From contig CAYZTH010000001.1 of the NCBI GenBank assembly GCA_964481435.1, positions 7,992-71,991 of the forward strand: 64,000 bases of DNA, given 5' to 3'. Every line of letters begins with the position of its first letter. Within the stretch, counting starts at the first letter, position 1. The notes under the pieces are model-generated. The model searched no databases and had not been told where the DNA came from. It saw only the letters and a program-made list of their open reading frames with translations. Positions 35,863 to 46,350 of this stretch are shown in pieces. This stretch comes from Candidatus Woesearchaeota archaeon (lineage in GTDB: Archaea; Nanobdellota; Nanobdellia; Pacearchaeales; UBA284). A program made the position numbers and the translations under genes.

Positions 35863-36930
35863 TTATTTAGATTTATGTTCATTATCTAGTTTAATTTTCA
35901 AAAATAATTTATCGTATTCATCTGCTTTTTTATTCCAATCAAAGTTCTTACTGAAAGAAAGGGCATTTTTTCCCATTTTTTTTCTAAGGGCCCTATTAGC
36001 AATTAAAATTTTGGCCTTCTCCTTGAATTCTTCATAATTATTGACTAAAAATCCGGTTTTATTACCCTGGACAACTTCTGGAATTGAAAAGACATTATAT
36101 CCTATACTCGGTTTTGCACAGGCCCCGGCTTCAATGAATATTAATCCAAAACCCTCCCATTTTGATGCAGAAACAAAAAAACTGCACTCTTGATAGAGTT
36201 TAATCAATTTTTTTCTGCTGATTCTTCCTAGGAATTCTACTTTGTTAGCACCTATCTCTTTTGCATAATTTTCAAGCCTTTTAGTTAGAGGACCATCTCC
36301 CGCTATCTTTAATTTGAAATTCAAGTCTTTGCTTAGTTTTATTACTTCATCGACTCTTTTATGTGGTTCGTGTCTTCCCACAAAGAGCATAAATTCTTTA
36401 TCCTGATAACTGGGTTTGAACTCGCTTGATATTCCATCATAGATAATCTCTATTCTTTTATCACTGACTCCTTTTCTCTTCAATTCCCATTTTATGCTCT
36501 TTGATATAGCAATTATCTTAGGAACAAATCTTAAAAGGAAATTATTTGTTGAAACTGCCCAGGCCCTCATGAATCTTCTAAATCCTTTTTCAGTGTTTCC
36601 ATAAGCAGGGGATCCATTATATGTGACTACTAGGTTTTTTCTCCATAGTGCTAGGTTTAACAGAAAATGATGCAAATTGACAAGGTCATATCCCTCTGTA
36701 GCTTTCTTTAAAGAGGCAAGTTTGTTCAAAAATAAGAAATCTTTCCAGGTCTTGGTGACTAATTTTCTTCCAGAAACAAGTTTTATCTTAAAGTTCTCTT
36801 CTGGGAAATCTGCATCAAAGGTTATTACATCCACCTCATGTTTTTTTCCGATTCTTCTTGCGATTTCGTATAGTGCAGTGTCTGCGCCACGCCCTCTTAA
36901 AAAAGTATCATTTACAAAAGCGATTTTCAT
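35863..36930 (-). CDS. glycosyltransferase family 4 (GT-B)
   Basis: FVGRHEPHKRV...SASKWEGFGLIFIEAGACAKPSI GT4 signature. Confidence 0.75.
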   Translation of the reverse strand: MKIAFVNDTFLRGRGADTALYEIARRIGKKHEVDVITFDADFPEENFKIKLVSGRKLVTKTWKDFLFLNKLASLKKATEGYDLVNLHHFLLNLALWRKNLVVTYNGSPAYGNTEKGFRRFMRAWAVSTNNFLLRFVPKIIAISKSIKWELKRKGVSDKRIEIIYDGISSEFKPSYQDKEFMLFVGRHEPHKRVDEVIKLSKDLNFKLKIAGDGPLTKRLENYAKEIGANKVEFLGRISRKKLIKLYQECSFFVSASKWEGFGLIFIEAGACAKPSIGYNVFSIPEVVQGNKTGFLVNNYEEFKEKAKILIANRALRKKMGKNALSFSKNFDWNKKADEYDKLFLKIKLDNEHKSK

Positions 36931-36984
36931 GAAGAATAAAACCAGATATATTTTATAAATCTATATTTTTGCGTTTTGTTCTGT

Positions 36985-38013
36985 TTATATAAAGCCAAAG
37001 ATTATATTTGCTAGGACCAGGATTCCAAGCAAGGCTTCAATAATTAGAAGCAGTGCAACAACATCTTTTTCATAGACTTTATGAGAGGGTTTCACTTTCT
37101 TAAGAACCCATATTGCTAGATGAGTAAGGCTGTATATCTTTTTGTAGCGAAGTTCTAGACTGTCATCTTTATTTGGAACCCCAAAATTCCATGCTTTAAA
37201 TTTGCTGAATGCTTTTAAGATTCCCTCAATTATGAATGGCAAGAATAAGATGACTGCGGGTTTTTCCATATTTCCAAGTATTGCGAAGCAGCCGATTAAA
37301 GCACCTATGACATAAGTCAGGGTATTTCCAGGAAAGATCCTCGCAGGAATTTTATTTAATAAATAAAATGCAAACAAAGCAAGTACGATGATGCCCGCAA
37401 TTAAAGCTAGCCACTGTTGTCCCGTAGCTAGTGAAACAATTCCTAAAAAGACGAATACAATGCCCCCTAAACCCGCTTCTAGCCCATTATACCCTGCCAA
37501 TAGATTAAACCCATTGGTGGTGCCAACAATAGACAGGGGTATGATAACCAACGGATATATCAGGCCAAGATTAACACTTCCAAAGAAAGGAAGGATTATT
37601 GAGGAGTCGCCAGCATTAATGACCATTAAAGGGATAGCTAGGGGGATTGTCATCAGTATCTTCTTATAACCACTTATGGAAGATTTCTCCCAGCCGAATA
37701 TATCATCTATAAATCCGATAAAACAAGCAAGCAGTAGTGTGATGACCATCGTAAGGATTTCAGTATTGTGCAGTATGGAATTAATGATAAATGTTCTAAA
37801 GAACATATAGACAAAAATAGTCACGACAATGGATATCGCGACAGCTATGCCTCCAACCTTGGGGACAAGTGGCTTTTTGTATTTGTTCATGTCTGGAACA
37901 AGCATGTTCTTGTGGGAGCCGGCAAGTTTGATCCACCATCTTGTTAGAAAAAAGCACAGAAAAAAGGCTAAGGCAAAGATCAAAATTAAAATAGAGAGAT
38001 TTGTCCAAAACAT
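36985..38013 (-). CDS. aglH: dolichyl-phosphate GlcNAc-1-phosphate transferase-like (AglH / GPT-MraY-WecA family)
   Basis: 10-11 TM protein; VPDMNKYKKPLVPKVGGIAV and IGFIDDIFGW (Mg-binding DD motif), typical of archaeal AglH/GPT. Confidence 0.7.
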   Translation of the reverse strand: MFWTNLSILILIFALAFFLCFFLTRWWIKLAGSHKNMLVPDMNKYKKPLVPKVGGIAVAISIVVTIFVYMFFRTFIINSILHNTEILTMVITLLLACFIGFIDDIFGWEKSSISGYKKILMTIPLAIPLMVINAGDSSIILPFFGSVNLGLIYPLVIIPLSIVGTTNGFNLLAGYNGLEAGLGGIVFVFLGIVSLATGQQWLALIAGIIVLALFAFYLLNKIPARIFPGNTLTYVIGALIGCFAILGNMEKPAVILFLPFIIEGILKAFSKFKAWNFGVPNKDDSLELRYKKIYSLTHLAIWVLKKVKPSHKVYEKDVVALLLIIEALLGILVLANIIFGFI

Positions 38014-38079
38014 TTTATTTATTGAGATATTTAGGTATATCCAAAAAATTAAGAAATCTTATAAATCTTTCCTATACCC

Positions 38080-40980
38080 CTAAATTCCCAGATAGTCTAA
38101 TTTTCCAAAAGTGTTCGGATTTGATATATCTACATTCGTCTCCAGATACTCATTATAGTAAGGGGTGTTACTTGGATAATTCACTTTCCAGATCTTAATA
38201 GGTCCCTGGACTCCTCCAGCATAAACAATGTCTCCGATTGTTAGATTATAATTATCCCTAAGCTGTTTCACAAAAGGAGAGGGCTCATTATGCGCCAATA
38301 CAAAGTTTTCTGATTCATCTAGAAGATATAATCTGACCCACTGGGTATTAAGGGCTTTTTCACTTAAGTATAATCCGATTCCAAGATTATTTACTCCTGT
38401 TTGAGAAATGCTTGGAATAATATAAAGCATGGATTCAATCATTTTTTCATTACCTCTTCTCAGGTCATATCTTCTCCCCTGGGCCCATAGATATCTTATT
38501 GGAATACGATACTGTTGGCCATTATAGACCATGACTGCTTCAAGGTTGTTTACTGATTGTGTGTTTTTGTCTATGGTCAATAAAAATAAAGCGATTCCAG
38601 CTCTTTGCATGGGGAATAATTGTCCATTCCAGAGCATATCCTCGTCTATGGCTGTGCCATAATTGCCATTTGCGTAAACATAGATTGTTTCATTCTTTGT
38701 TTCCTGAGTTTGTTTTTGGTCCAGAGAGAAAGTACTTATCCAGCTTAGCCGGTCTAATCCTGTTTTATCAGAGCCGATGCTCGCAAACGCAGAGTACTTG
38801 CCTATATCTGAACTATCAATAAGGACATAGGAAACATTATATGCTTTGCAGACCTGTAGGGCTGTTGATTCATTTTTAGCATCTAGAAGATATCTTGCAG
38901 TGACGTGGTCCCAAAACGCATTCCAGTGACCTCCGTCTGTGACTGTTGGTCTCTGCCCATAGTACTGAACCCAATAACCATAGTCCCACCAGTGCACAAA
39001 TATAGAATCTTTTGGTGTCTCTGTTCTTGTCCACTCCATTGCTTTCTGCCACTGTTCATAATAGGCGCTGTTTACAGTGGCTCTTGCCTCTTGAGTGGCT
39101 GATTGTTCATTATTCAAGAAATTTATTATCAAGAATACTGCAATAAATATCACCACAGCACAGACGAGTATCTTATAAGCGTTCTTCTTTATTGTAAACA
39201 TATATTCAGATAGTTTTACAGGTAAGAATACCGAAGCGATGATTATTGCAGGACTGACGATGAAGAATAATCTGACCGCACCCCTCATGGAGATAATTAT
39301 CCAGAAGAAGAACGATAGTAGAAGAAGGTGTATGAAATTTATTTTTTTTAAGTCTTCATTTAATTTTTCATCTTTTTTTGCATTGGCGTATATGTACATA
39401 AATAGCATTATTGCTACAAAGATAATTATCCCTCCAAAATAGAGGATACTGCTGAAAGCATTTTCTCCATTGAGGATGTCTGAAGCAGAAACCCTTGAAA
39501 AAATGAGATTAAACAATAAGAATGCAAATCCCACATTCAATAGGGAATTCCAATCTTTTTTCTGTATAGAGTGGATTAAAGTGCCTATTGATACGATGAG
39601 ATAAATTCCCAGGAGCATATAGTCCACTGTAGGAGTGAGGTTTGAGAAGATTAATAGCAACCATATCACCAAAGAAATCGCAAGATAAACCGGATAGATA
39701 TATCTTTTCTTGACATCGAAGTGCTTTACAGCTTCATAAAATAAGAGGAAGGTTCCAAAAAGGAATGTCCAGAAGAACCAACTAAAAGACGCCAAGACTT
39801 GCATTACATATGGCGCACTGTTCTCTGCAACAGTTAGGGCTATTCTCCCACCACCAAACGGATTTATTAGTTTTGCAATTATGATATTAAGAGAATCTGA
39901 AAGCAAGCCCCTTTTCAGAATCAGCATAGCGATGATGACTAAAATAACAGAGATTATCAAACTGATTACGCTTTCAGGCAATTTTATCTTGTCTTTGATC
40001 TTCCTTAATTTTGTACTGAAAATAATTTGATCGATTATCAAGACTCCTAAAATAGCAATGCAAAAACCGCTATCTTGCAGAGATAGCAAAGTTCCTCCCA
40101 AACCTACTTTAAACATGGAAAATATCAATGCGGGAATCAGCCACGATGCAAAAATCAAGAGAGTCTTCTTCTTTTCTTTATTGAACAAGAAAGCTATTAG
40201 TGTTGCCAATCCAAAAGCCATAAAAATATATCTGAAACCGCCCCAGCTATAGATCATTATTCCCGTGAATATTCCGGATAAGATTCCAAAAGGAAGCATC
40301 TTCTTGATTTTATCCTGTTTCCATGCTAGAACTATGAACAGAAGAGCTGCCCAGAAGAATACCATTCCCAAGCTCTCAATCTCCGGAATGCCCCCCGTAG
40401 TTCTATGGATTATTTCGGGAGCAACAACATAAAACAAGGTTGCAATCAAAGCGCCAATTGCCGAAAATTTTTTAGGCATCATAAAAGAGAATATTACATA
40501 AAGGAATAAGAAGAATAAAATAAATGCCAGGCCTGAGAAGATGACCGGGGCTATTATTGCAACAAATTCAACACTTTTTTGAGGTCCATGCAGGAAGGGG
40601 CTTAGTATTTTATACAGATAAGCGATTGCCCATGGCATCAGGCTATTTTTAGCATAGCTTGTCGCGCCAAGTGGCGCTGAAGTCATATGGTCTATTGGTT
40701 GATACTGGCCAGAAGAGATATCTTTTGCCAGTCTTAAATATAAAAATGGATCAAGATCCGGACCAAGAGTATAATTTCCATTTGTGACATCTTTTAGATA
40801 AGGAATATTTGTAGTCCTGAGATGGCATCCAAAATAAACAATTACTGCAAGCAAGATAATGACTAGAATGACAAACCAGTACTTTTTGAAGAAAGTTCCA
40901 ATTGATTTGGATGGTGTTTTATCCCCCTTTACCTCCAAATTTTCCTTTTTTTCTGGATTTTCCGTATTCACTTCGTTCAT
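38080..40980 (-). CDS. aglB: oligosaccharyltransferase AglB (STT3 homolog)
   Basis: 966 aa, 13-TM N-terminal domain plus large C-terminal soluble domain; diagnostic WWDYGYW (WWDYG) motif. Confidence 0.9.
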   Translation of the reverse strand: MNEVNTENPEKKENLEVKGDKTPSKSIGTFFKKYWFVILVIILLAVIVYFGCHLRTTNIPYLKDVTNGNYTLGPDLDPFLYLRLAKDISSGQYQPIDHMTSAPLGATSYAKNSLMPWAIAYLYKILSPFLHGPQKSVEFVAIIAPVIFSGLAFILFFLFLYVIFSFMMPKKFSAIGALIATLFYVVAPEIIHRTTGGIPEIESLGMVFFWAALLFIVLAWKQDKIKKMLPFGILSGIFTGIMIYSWGGFRYIFMAFGLATLIAFLFNKEKKKTLLIFASWLIPALIFSMFKVGLGGTLLSLQDSGFCIAILGVLIIDQIIFSTKLRKIKDKIKLPESVISLIISVILVIIAMLILKRGLLSDSLNIIIAKLINPFGGGRIALTVAENSAPYVMQVLASFSWFFWTFLFGTFLLFYEAVKHFDVKKRYIYPVYLAISLVIWLLLIFSNLTPTVDYMLLGIYLIVSIGTLIHSIQKKDWNSLLNVGFAFLLFNLIFSRVSASDILNGENAFSSILYFGGIIIFVAIMLFMYIYANAKKDEKLNEDLKKINFIHLLLLSFFFWIIISMRGAVRLFFIVSPAIIIASVFLPVKLSEYMFTIKKNAYKILVCAVVIFIAVFLIINFLNNEQSATQEARATVNSAYYEQWQKAMEWTRTETPKDSIFVHWWDYGYWVQYYGQRPTVTDGGHWNAFWDHVTARYLLDAKNESTALQVCKAYNVSYVLIDSSDIGKYSAFASIGSDKTGLDRLSWISTFSLDQKQTQETKNETIYVYANGNYGTAIDEDMLWNGQLFPMQRAGIALFLLTIDKNTQSVNNLEAVMVYNGQQYRIPIRYLWAQGRRYDLRRGNEKMIESMLYIIPSISQTGVNNLGIGLYLSEKALNTQWVRLYLLDESENFVLAHNEPSPFVKQLRDNYNLTIGDIVYAGGVQGPIKIWKVNYPSNTPYYNEYLETNVDISNPNTFGKLDYLGI

Positions 40981-42332
40981 TTTTTCTTAAGAAGGAATCG
41001 CTTTTTATACCTTTCCTTTTTCAAATTTTTCTTTTTTGATTCTGGTTTTTGTTCTTTATGGAAGATGTTTATGCTGCCTAAAAGGGCCAGCGGCTCACGT
41101 TCTTTATGCTGCACTAGGCTGACAATAAACATGCTTATCAAAAGAAGGGCATTAAGGATTATCAACACCCAGATGAACTGCATTATACTTTGGTGGAAGA
41201 AGATTAACAGGGCAATTTGCAAGAAAGCAGCGGTCAATAGTATTCTGAAGGTCATTTTTTTATTCTTGTTTGTTACAAGGTTATAATAGACCAGCAGATT
41301 AGCAAAAGAGAATAGGGCCATGGCGAGTATCATGTACTTAAGATATGGTGCAGCAAGCAGATACTTGCTACCCAAGACTATCTTTACGAATTCTTCAGAA
41401 AAGAACAATGAAAGGATAAAAGCTGCACCAAAAAGAGCAGCAATCAACCCGCCTGCTTTTTTAAGAATATTCATACTCTCTTTTTTATGATTTTTTTCAT
41501 GCTCTCCAGCTAAATTCGGAACCATTACTCTCTTTATTCCGGTAGCTATGAAAAATAATGCTTTCCCGATAGTAGATATACCGCCATATACTCCGGCTAT
41601 TCTCGGGGTGAAATAGTACCTCGCGATTATTACGTCCACGCTGTACATCAGAGTAACTAGGCCGAAGATAAGGAGCGTAGCGAGGGAGTATTTTGTTGTT
41701 TTTTCCTCACTTTTTTGTTGTTTTGCCTTTCTTAGGTCTTTAAAATACCAATAACCAAGAATAAATGCTAGGCCCGTGGATATGGGCACAGAAAGCAAGG
41801 CCCCGTAGATTTTCATATTTGCTGGCAGCATGACCACAATGACCATTGCGGCGACTAATTTTGCCACATTGAATATAGAATCATTTATGCCCATCGCTTT
41901 GAACTTCTCAAATCCCTGGAAAATACCCCACATGACCGGCAAAACAAATGCAAAAACCAGAGAGAGTGATGTTGCAACAAGAATGGAAAAGGTTGTATGG
42001 ATCAGCATAGCTATCAAGGGGCTTATTGCTAAGAAGATTACAAATAATACTCCCGAAAGGAGAAACATCCTCTTGAGATAACTGCTCATCAGCCAGTGCA
42101 TCTTGCCTTTCTCATTTTTGATTCTGAATTTTGCGATGAAAACAGACACGACGGTTCTTATTGTTTCTTGAGGAATAGTTAAAATGTACATCAAGGAGTT
42201 TATTGAAGCTAAGAGGCCGTAGTCCTCCACACTTAACATCCTAGCCATGGCAAAGAAATAAAGATAGCTTGCAATTCCCGCAACAGCTGAGAAAAGTAAT
42301 AGGGTCATTGCATCTTTGGTTATTTTGTGCAT
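40977..42332 (-). CDS. oligosaccharide flippase, Wzx-like (MOP superfamily)
   Basis: 451 aa, ~12 TM helices, Lys-rich C-terminal tail; 4-bp overlap with aglB. Confidence 0.6.
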   Translation of the reverse strand: MHKITKDAMTLLLFSAVAGIASYLYFFAMARMLSVEDYGLLASINSLMYILTIPQETIRTVVSVFIAKFRIKNEKGKMHWLMSSYLKRMFLLSGVLFVIFLAISPLIAMLIHTTFSILVATSLSLVFAFVLPVMWGIFQGFEKFKAMGINDSIFNVAKLVAAMVIVVMLPANMKIYGALLSVPISTGLAFILGYWYFKDLRKAKQQKSEEKTTKYSLATLLIFGLVTLMYSVDVIIARYYFTPRIAGVYGGISTIGKALFFIATGIKRVMVPNLAGEHEKNHKKESMNILKKAGGLIAALFGAAFILSLFFSEEFVKIVLGSKYLLAAPYLKYMILAMALFSFANLLVYYNLVTNKNKKMTFRILLTAAFLQIALLIFFHQSIMQFIWVLIILNALLLISMFIVSLVQHKEREPLALLGSINIFHKEQKPESKKKNLKKERYKKRFLLKKK

Positions 42333-42375
42333 TTTTCTTATTAAAGGTTATATTTTCAGGTTTTAAAACTAGTCC

Positions 42376-43245
42376 TTATATCTTAAAAAAAGACATCATC
42401 CAAGGCGTAAAAAAGACTTCAATTATTGCCGCAAGAATTAGTATTATTAGCGCCACTATTATCAGATCTAGAGAATCCTGGACCGTATGCCAGAACGCTT
42501 TCTTTCCAAGCTTGTGTCTTATTATCGATACGCTTATTATTCCTCCGGCTAGGGCAGTCACAAAATATGCCGCAATCTCGGGAATTCCATGAATAAGGTA
42601 TCTCAAAAGAGAAAGAGGCATGTTAGCAAGAGAGCCCTTTGCGAACAGACCCATTGCTACTCCAATGACACTTGCGTTCCATGCAAGGATAAAAATTGCC
42701 CCTGCTCCAAAAACAAAAGAAAATAAGAGTATTGTAAGCATGACAAAGAAATTATTGGATAAGATAGATGAGAATGCATTCAACCTACTTTTAAAATCAA
42801 GTCCAATAGTGTGCCCAGTGATTTGTGCGCAATTCTTCAGATCTCCGGCATTGATAGAACAGTACGAATCAAGCTGTGCTTGGAAATTTGCATGAATCAT
42901 GTCCTGTGGCATCAATATGAAAGCAAGGGAAAAAGCCAGGATATACCCTAAAAATAAGAATAACATTGCAGTTAAGGCCTTTCCATGTTCTTTGATAAGA
43001 ATTTTTTCTTCTTTTATTTTATCCTCTTTCTTCTCTTCTAGTCTGATTAGATAATACATAAAAGGCAAGGAGAGCATTGTTGTAAATGTCACGACGAAAA
43101 CACTGCTGTACGATTCTAGGGCCGCGCTCTTATAGAATAAAAAAGTTGCAAGCAAAACAGAGATTATGGCGTAGAAGAAACCAATCAGCAGCATCTCAAC
43201 GGGTTTTCTTTCAGCTTTTCTAGGCTTTATCAGGAATTCTAGCAT
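42376..43245 (-). CDS. DUF95/SpoIIM-like membrane protein
   Basis: 6 TM helices; HGIPEIAAYFVTALAGG resembles the DUF95 HGxxE...AG motif. Confidence 0.4.
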   Translation of the reverse strand: MLEFLIKPRKAERKPVEMLLIGFFYAIISVLLATFLFYKSAALESYSSVFVVTFTTMLSLPFMYYLIRLEEKKEDKIKEEKILIKEHGKALTAMLFLFLGYILAFSLAFILMPQDMIHANFQAQLDSYCSINAGDLKNCAQITGHTIGLDFKSRLNAFSSILSNNFFVMLTILLFSFVFGAGAIFILAWNASVIGVAMGLFAKGSLANMPLSLLRYLIHGIPEIAAYFVTALAGGIISVSIIRHKLGKKAFWHTVQDSLDLIIVALIILILAAIIEVFFTPWMMSFFKI

Positions 43246-43346
43246 TTTTCTCTCTTTTTTGTCTATTTAAAATATAGCGGCTTCCTCTTTTAAAAGCTTT
43301 CTACCTGTTCAACAATAGATTTTTAATCTCTTTTTTCTTTTAGATT

Positions 43347-44219
43347 ATGTCCAAATTATTACAAAAAGAGGTAAGCATGAAAAAAGAAAGGTTTGAAAAT
43401 ATCTGTCAAGACATAAAGTCCATAAAAATACAGGGAGCAGAGAATATTGCACGCGCTGCCTTGAAAGCCTTGCTCATCAGGCACGATTCTCAGTCAGTTA
43501 AAAAATTGATATCTCTAAGGCCGACCGAGCCTTGCCTAAGAAATTGCATTACTCATGCCCTAAGTTTTCCTGAAATTAAGGAAGGAGTTTCAAGAACACT
43601 GAAAATTATGGACGATTCTAGGAAAAAAATAAGGATAATGGGTTCAAGATTGATAAAAAATAATTCAATAGTATTCACGCACTGTCACAGCTCAACAGTC
43701 ATCTCCATCTTAATTGAAGCTAAAAAACAGGGAAAACACTTCGAAGTATACAACACTGAAACAAGACCTAATTTCCAGGGAAGAAAAACCGCTGTTGAGC
43801 TTTTGAAAGCAGGAATTCCCGTTACCATGTTTATTGATTCTGCTGCCTCAACAGCCATCAGACGTGCAGATTTATTCTTATTTGGGGTAGATGCAATAAC
43901 CACTCGGAGCATAATAAACAAGGTGGGAAATAAAACCATGGCAGAAATTGCCCAAAGATATGATACTCCAAGCTATGCCTGTTCATTCTCTTGGAAGTTC
44001 GATTCAAAAACCGCCATCGGGGACATGGAAAAATTAGAGAAAAGAGATGAAAAAGAAGTATGGTTTGAAAAACCAAGTAAATTGAAAATAAATAACATTG
44101 TTTTTGATGAAATCCCTCTTTCACTTGTGACCGGGATTATCTCTGAGCTAGGGGTCCTCGAACCTGCGACGTTCACAAATGAATTACAAAAGCACTATCC
44201 CAAAGTCTTTAATCTATAA
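43347..44219 (+). CDS. eIF-2B alpha/beta/delta-family protein (ribose-1,5-bisphosphate isomerase-like)
   Basis: IQGAENIARAAL, VFTHCHSSTV, GRKTAVELLKAGIPVT...GVDAIT collinear with the IF-2B/MtnA family. Confidence 0.7.
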   Translation: MSKLLQKEVSMKKERFENICQDIKSIKIQGAENIARAALKALLIRHDSQSVKKLISLRPTEPCLRNCITHALSFPEIKEGVSRTLKIMDDSRKKIRIMGSRLIKNNSIVFTHCHSSTVISILIEAKKQGKHFEVYNTETRPNFQGRKTAVELLKAGIPVTMFIDSAASTAIRRADLFLFGVDAITTRSIINKVGNKTMAEIAQRYDTPSYACSFSWKFDSKTAIGDMEKLEKRDEKEVWFEKPSKLKINNIVFDEIPLSLVTGIISELGVLEPATFTNELQKHYPKVFNL

Positions 44220-44220
44220 G

Positions 44221-44880
44221 ATGAAATCTCCAAGGCCCCTGATTTCTTTTGATCTCGACCAGACACTTGTCAAATCAACAAAAGCACATTCTTTATCATT
44301 TGCACAAGCATTTGGCAAAGAAGGCATAAAGATAAACGAAAAATCTATAAGAAAATTTATTGATGGTAGACATAGCACCGAAGTTATAATTTCTATTAGG
44401 CCGAAATTAGAAGAAGAAAGAATTAAGAACATAAGAAAATGGCATAAGCTCTTCTTAAGAAAGACCATAAGGTTTGCCAAACCCATTCCCGGGGTCTTGC
44501 AAACACTGAAAAGTCTAAAAAAAGATTTTCAGATAGCGTTGGTTACAAACTGTTCAAAGCAAGAAGTTAATTTATTGATGAAAGCCGCAAAGATTTCTCA
44601 AAGCACATTTGATATTATAATTCGGGCCGATGAAGTTAAGCATCCTAAACCCTGGCCAGATGAAATCTTTAAAGCAGAGAAAATTGCAGAAGTAAAATCA
44701 GATATTCACGTCGGAGATTCTGTCTATGATATAATCGCGGCGAAAAGAGCAAGAGCGAAGAGCATTTCGGTTTTGACAGGACAGACATCAAGAAAGAAAC
44801 TTCTAAGATACCATCCAGATTATATTTTAAGATCTGTCGTAGAACTTCCTAAGTTGTTAAAAAGTATTTCTATAAATTGA
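44221..44880 (+). CDS. HAD-superfamily hydrolase
   Basis: ISFDLDQTLV (DxDxT), VTNCSKQ, VGDSVYDIIAAKRA (motif IV); ATG at 44221 preferred over 44179 to avoid overlap with the preceding gene. Confidence 0.7.
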   Translation: MKSPRPLISFDLDQTLVKSTKAHSLSFAQAFGKEGIKINEKSIRKFIDGRHSTEVIISIRPKLEEERIKNIRKWHKLFLRKTIRFAKPIPGVLQTLKSLKKDFQIALVTNCSKQEVNLLMKAAKISQSTFDIIIRADEVKHPKPWPDEIFKAEKIAEVKSDIHVGDSVYDIIAAKRARAKSISVLTGQTSRKKLLRYHPDYILRSVVELPKLLKSISIN

Positions 44881-44891
44881 TTAAATAATTT

Positions 44892-45899
44892 TTAGTTCAG
44901 AAGCCACCAAATTGTTTTTTTATTACATGCTGCGCAGAGAGGGACTTTATCGAACTCTCCAGCGAGATGATTCTCTCTAATTTTCTTTAATCTCTCTCCA
45001 AACCAGATATCTTCTATACTACCCTCTTTTAGATTTCCTAGGACTTCTCTATGGTTCCAGTCATCGCAGCATAGGACAACATCGCCATTCCAATCAACGA
45101 CCATCTTTTGCCATATGAAGCTGCAAGGCCATCTTTTCTGATTTTTAAAATGAAAGCTTTTCTCAGAATCTTTATCCAGGTTTCCTGCCCAGTTTCTCTG
45201 ATTTAATATGTTAAGGCCATCAACAATATTCTTCCACTGTTTATAGAACTTTTTTATCTCTTTCCTGTTCTCATCAAGTTCGACAAGGACAAGTGAAACC
45301 GAGGGCTTTTTCAGGCCCAGTTCATTTCGCATTTTCATGAAGTTGATTATGTTCTCGCTGGTTTCGTCGAACCTTAATCCTACTCTTATCTTTTCGTAAG
45401 TCTCTTTTGAATATGCATCAAAGCTGATGGTTATCCAGTCTAGGCCAGATTCAATAAGCCTTTTTGATATCTCTAGCCCTAATAGAGATGCATTGCTGTA
45501 GAATCCGACAATCAAGTCTTTGCTCTTCGCATACTTTATCTTCTCGATTATTGTCTGGTCAAGCAACGGTTCTCCGAAAAAAGAAAGAACAACACTTTTG
45601 ACGCCAAAACTTGCGCAATTATCAATTATTTTTTTATATAGGTTCATATCCATAAAACCTATTTCTTTCAGCAGATGATGGGGGCACATGACACAATTAG
45701 AATTGCAAGCATTTGTCGTACCTATATCCAGGCTCATCGGCGGCTTGCCCTCTAAATTTTTTATTACTTTCTTGATTTTTTTATCATAGGCCTTTTTATA
45801 AACGGGACTATTGATTATAAGTCGATTTGATAAGAATGCTCTTCCAATATTAAAACCAAGATTATTTGCCCTTATCTTATTTAGAATTTTCATCAGCAA
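44892..45899 (-). CDS. radical SAM protein with SPASM-like C-terminal Cys cluster
   Basis: LDIGTTNACNSNCVMCPHH (CxxxCxxC); C-terminal CSFIWQ...LCCDDWNH auxiliary cluster region. Confidence 0.65.
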   Translation of the reverse strand: MLMKILNKIRANNLGFNIGRAFLSNRLIINSPVYKKAYDKKIKKVIKNLEGKPPMSLDIGTTNACNSNCVMCPHHLLKEIGFMDMNLYKKIIDNCASFGVKSVVLSFFGEPLLDQTIIEKIKYAKSKDLIVGFYSNASLLGLEISKRLIESGLDWITISFDAYSKETYEKIRVGLRFDETSENIINFMKMRNELGLKKPSVSLVLVELDENRKEIKKFYKQWKNIVDGLNILNQRNWAGNLDKDSEKSFHFKNQKRWPCSFIWQKMVVDWNGDVVLCCDDWNHREVLGNLKEGSIEDIWFGERLKKIRENHLAGEFDKVPLCAACNKKTIWWLLN

Positions 45900-45912
45900 A
45901 ACCCTCCGATTT

Positions 45913-46320
45913 TCATTTTGATTGCTCGTCTACTAAACTTGCCTCAATCTTTTGCATCTTATGTACAACTGCTTCCATTTGTTCTGCAACTCTCTCTCTT
46001 AAGGCCATAAAATTCATTGCTTTCTTATCAAGAAGTGCTCGAGCCTCATCAACAGATTTTTTAGCAAAAACCTTTGCCCCTATTTCAACCATTACTTCTT
46101 TGTTATCCTGTAATTTTGATTTGACAAATATTCCCTGTCCAATTGGTGAAAGGGTCTCTTGACTGATGCCTGTTTCTTTTAATTCATTCAGAGACGAGCT
46201 TGTTGTCTGCAGTTCTAATACAAATTTTTCTATTGCTTGAAGTTGTTGTTCCATCTCCTGGAGCTTAGCCCCAAATAGATTGAATTCCATCACTGCCTTT
46301 TCCATTTCTTTATTGTTCAT
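45913..46320 (-). CDS. pfdA: prefoldin subunit alpha
   Basis: 135 aa: coiled coil, two beta hairpins (TLSPIGQGIFVKSKL, EVMVEIGAKVFAKK), coiled coil. Confidence 0.65.
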   Translation of the reverse strand: MNNKEMEKAVMEFNLFGAKLQEMEQQLQAIEKFVLELQTTSSSLNELKETGISQETLSPIGQGIFVKSKLQDNKEVMVEIGAKVFAKKSVDEARALLDKKAMNFMALRERVAEQMEAVVHKMQKIEASLVDEQSK

Positions 46321-46350
46321 TTTTATTAAAACTAGATAAATTTACAGCTT

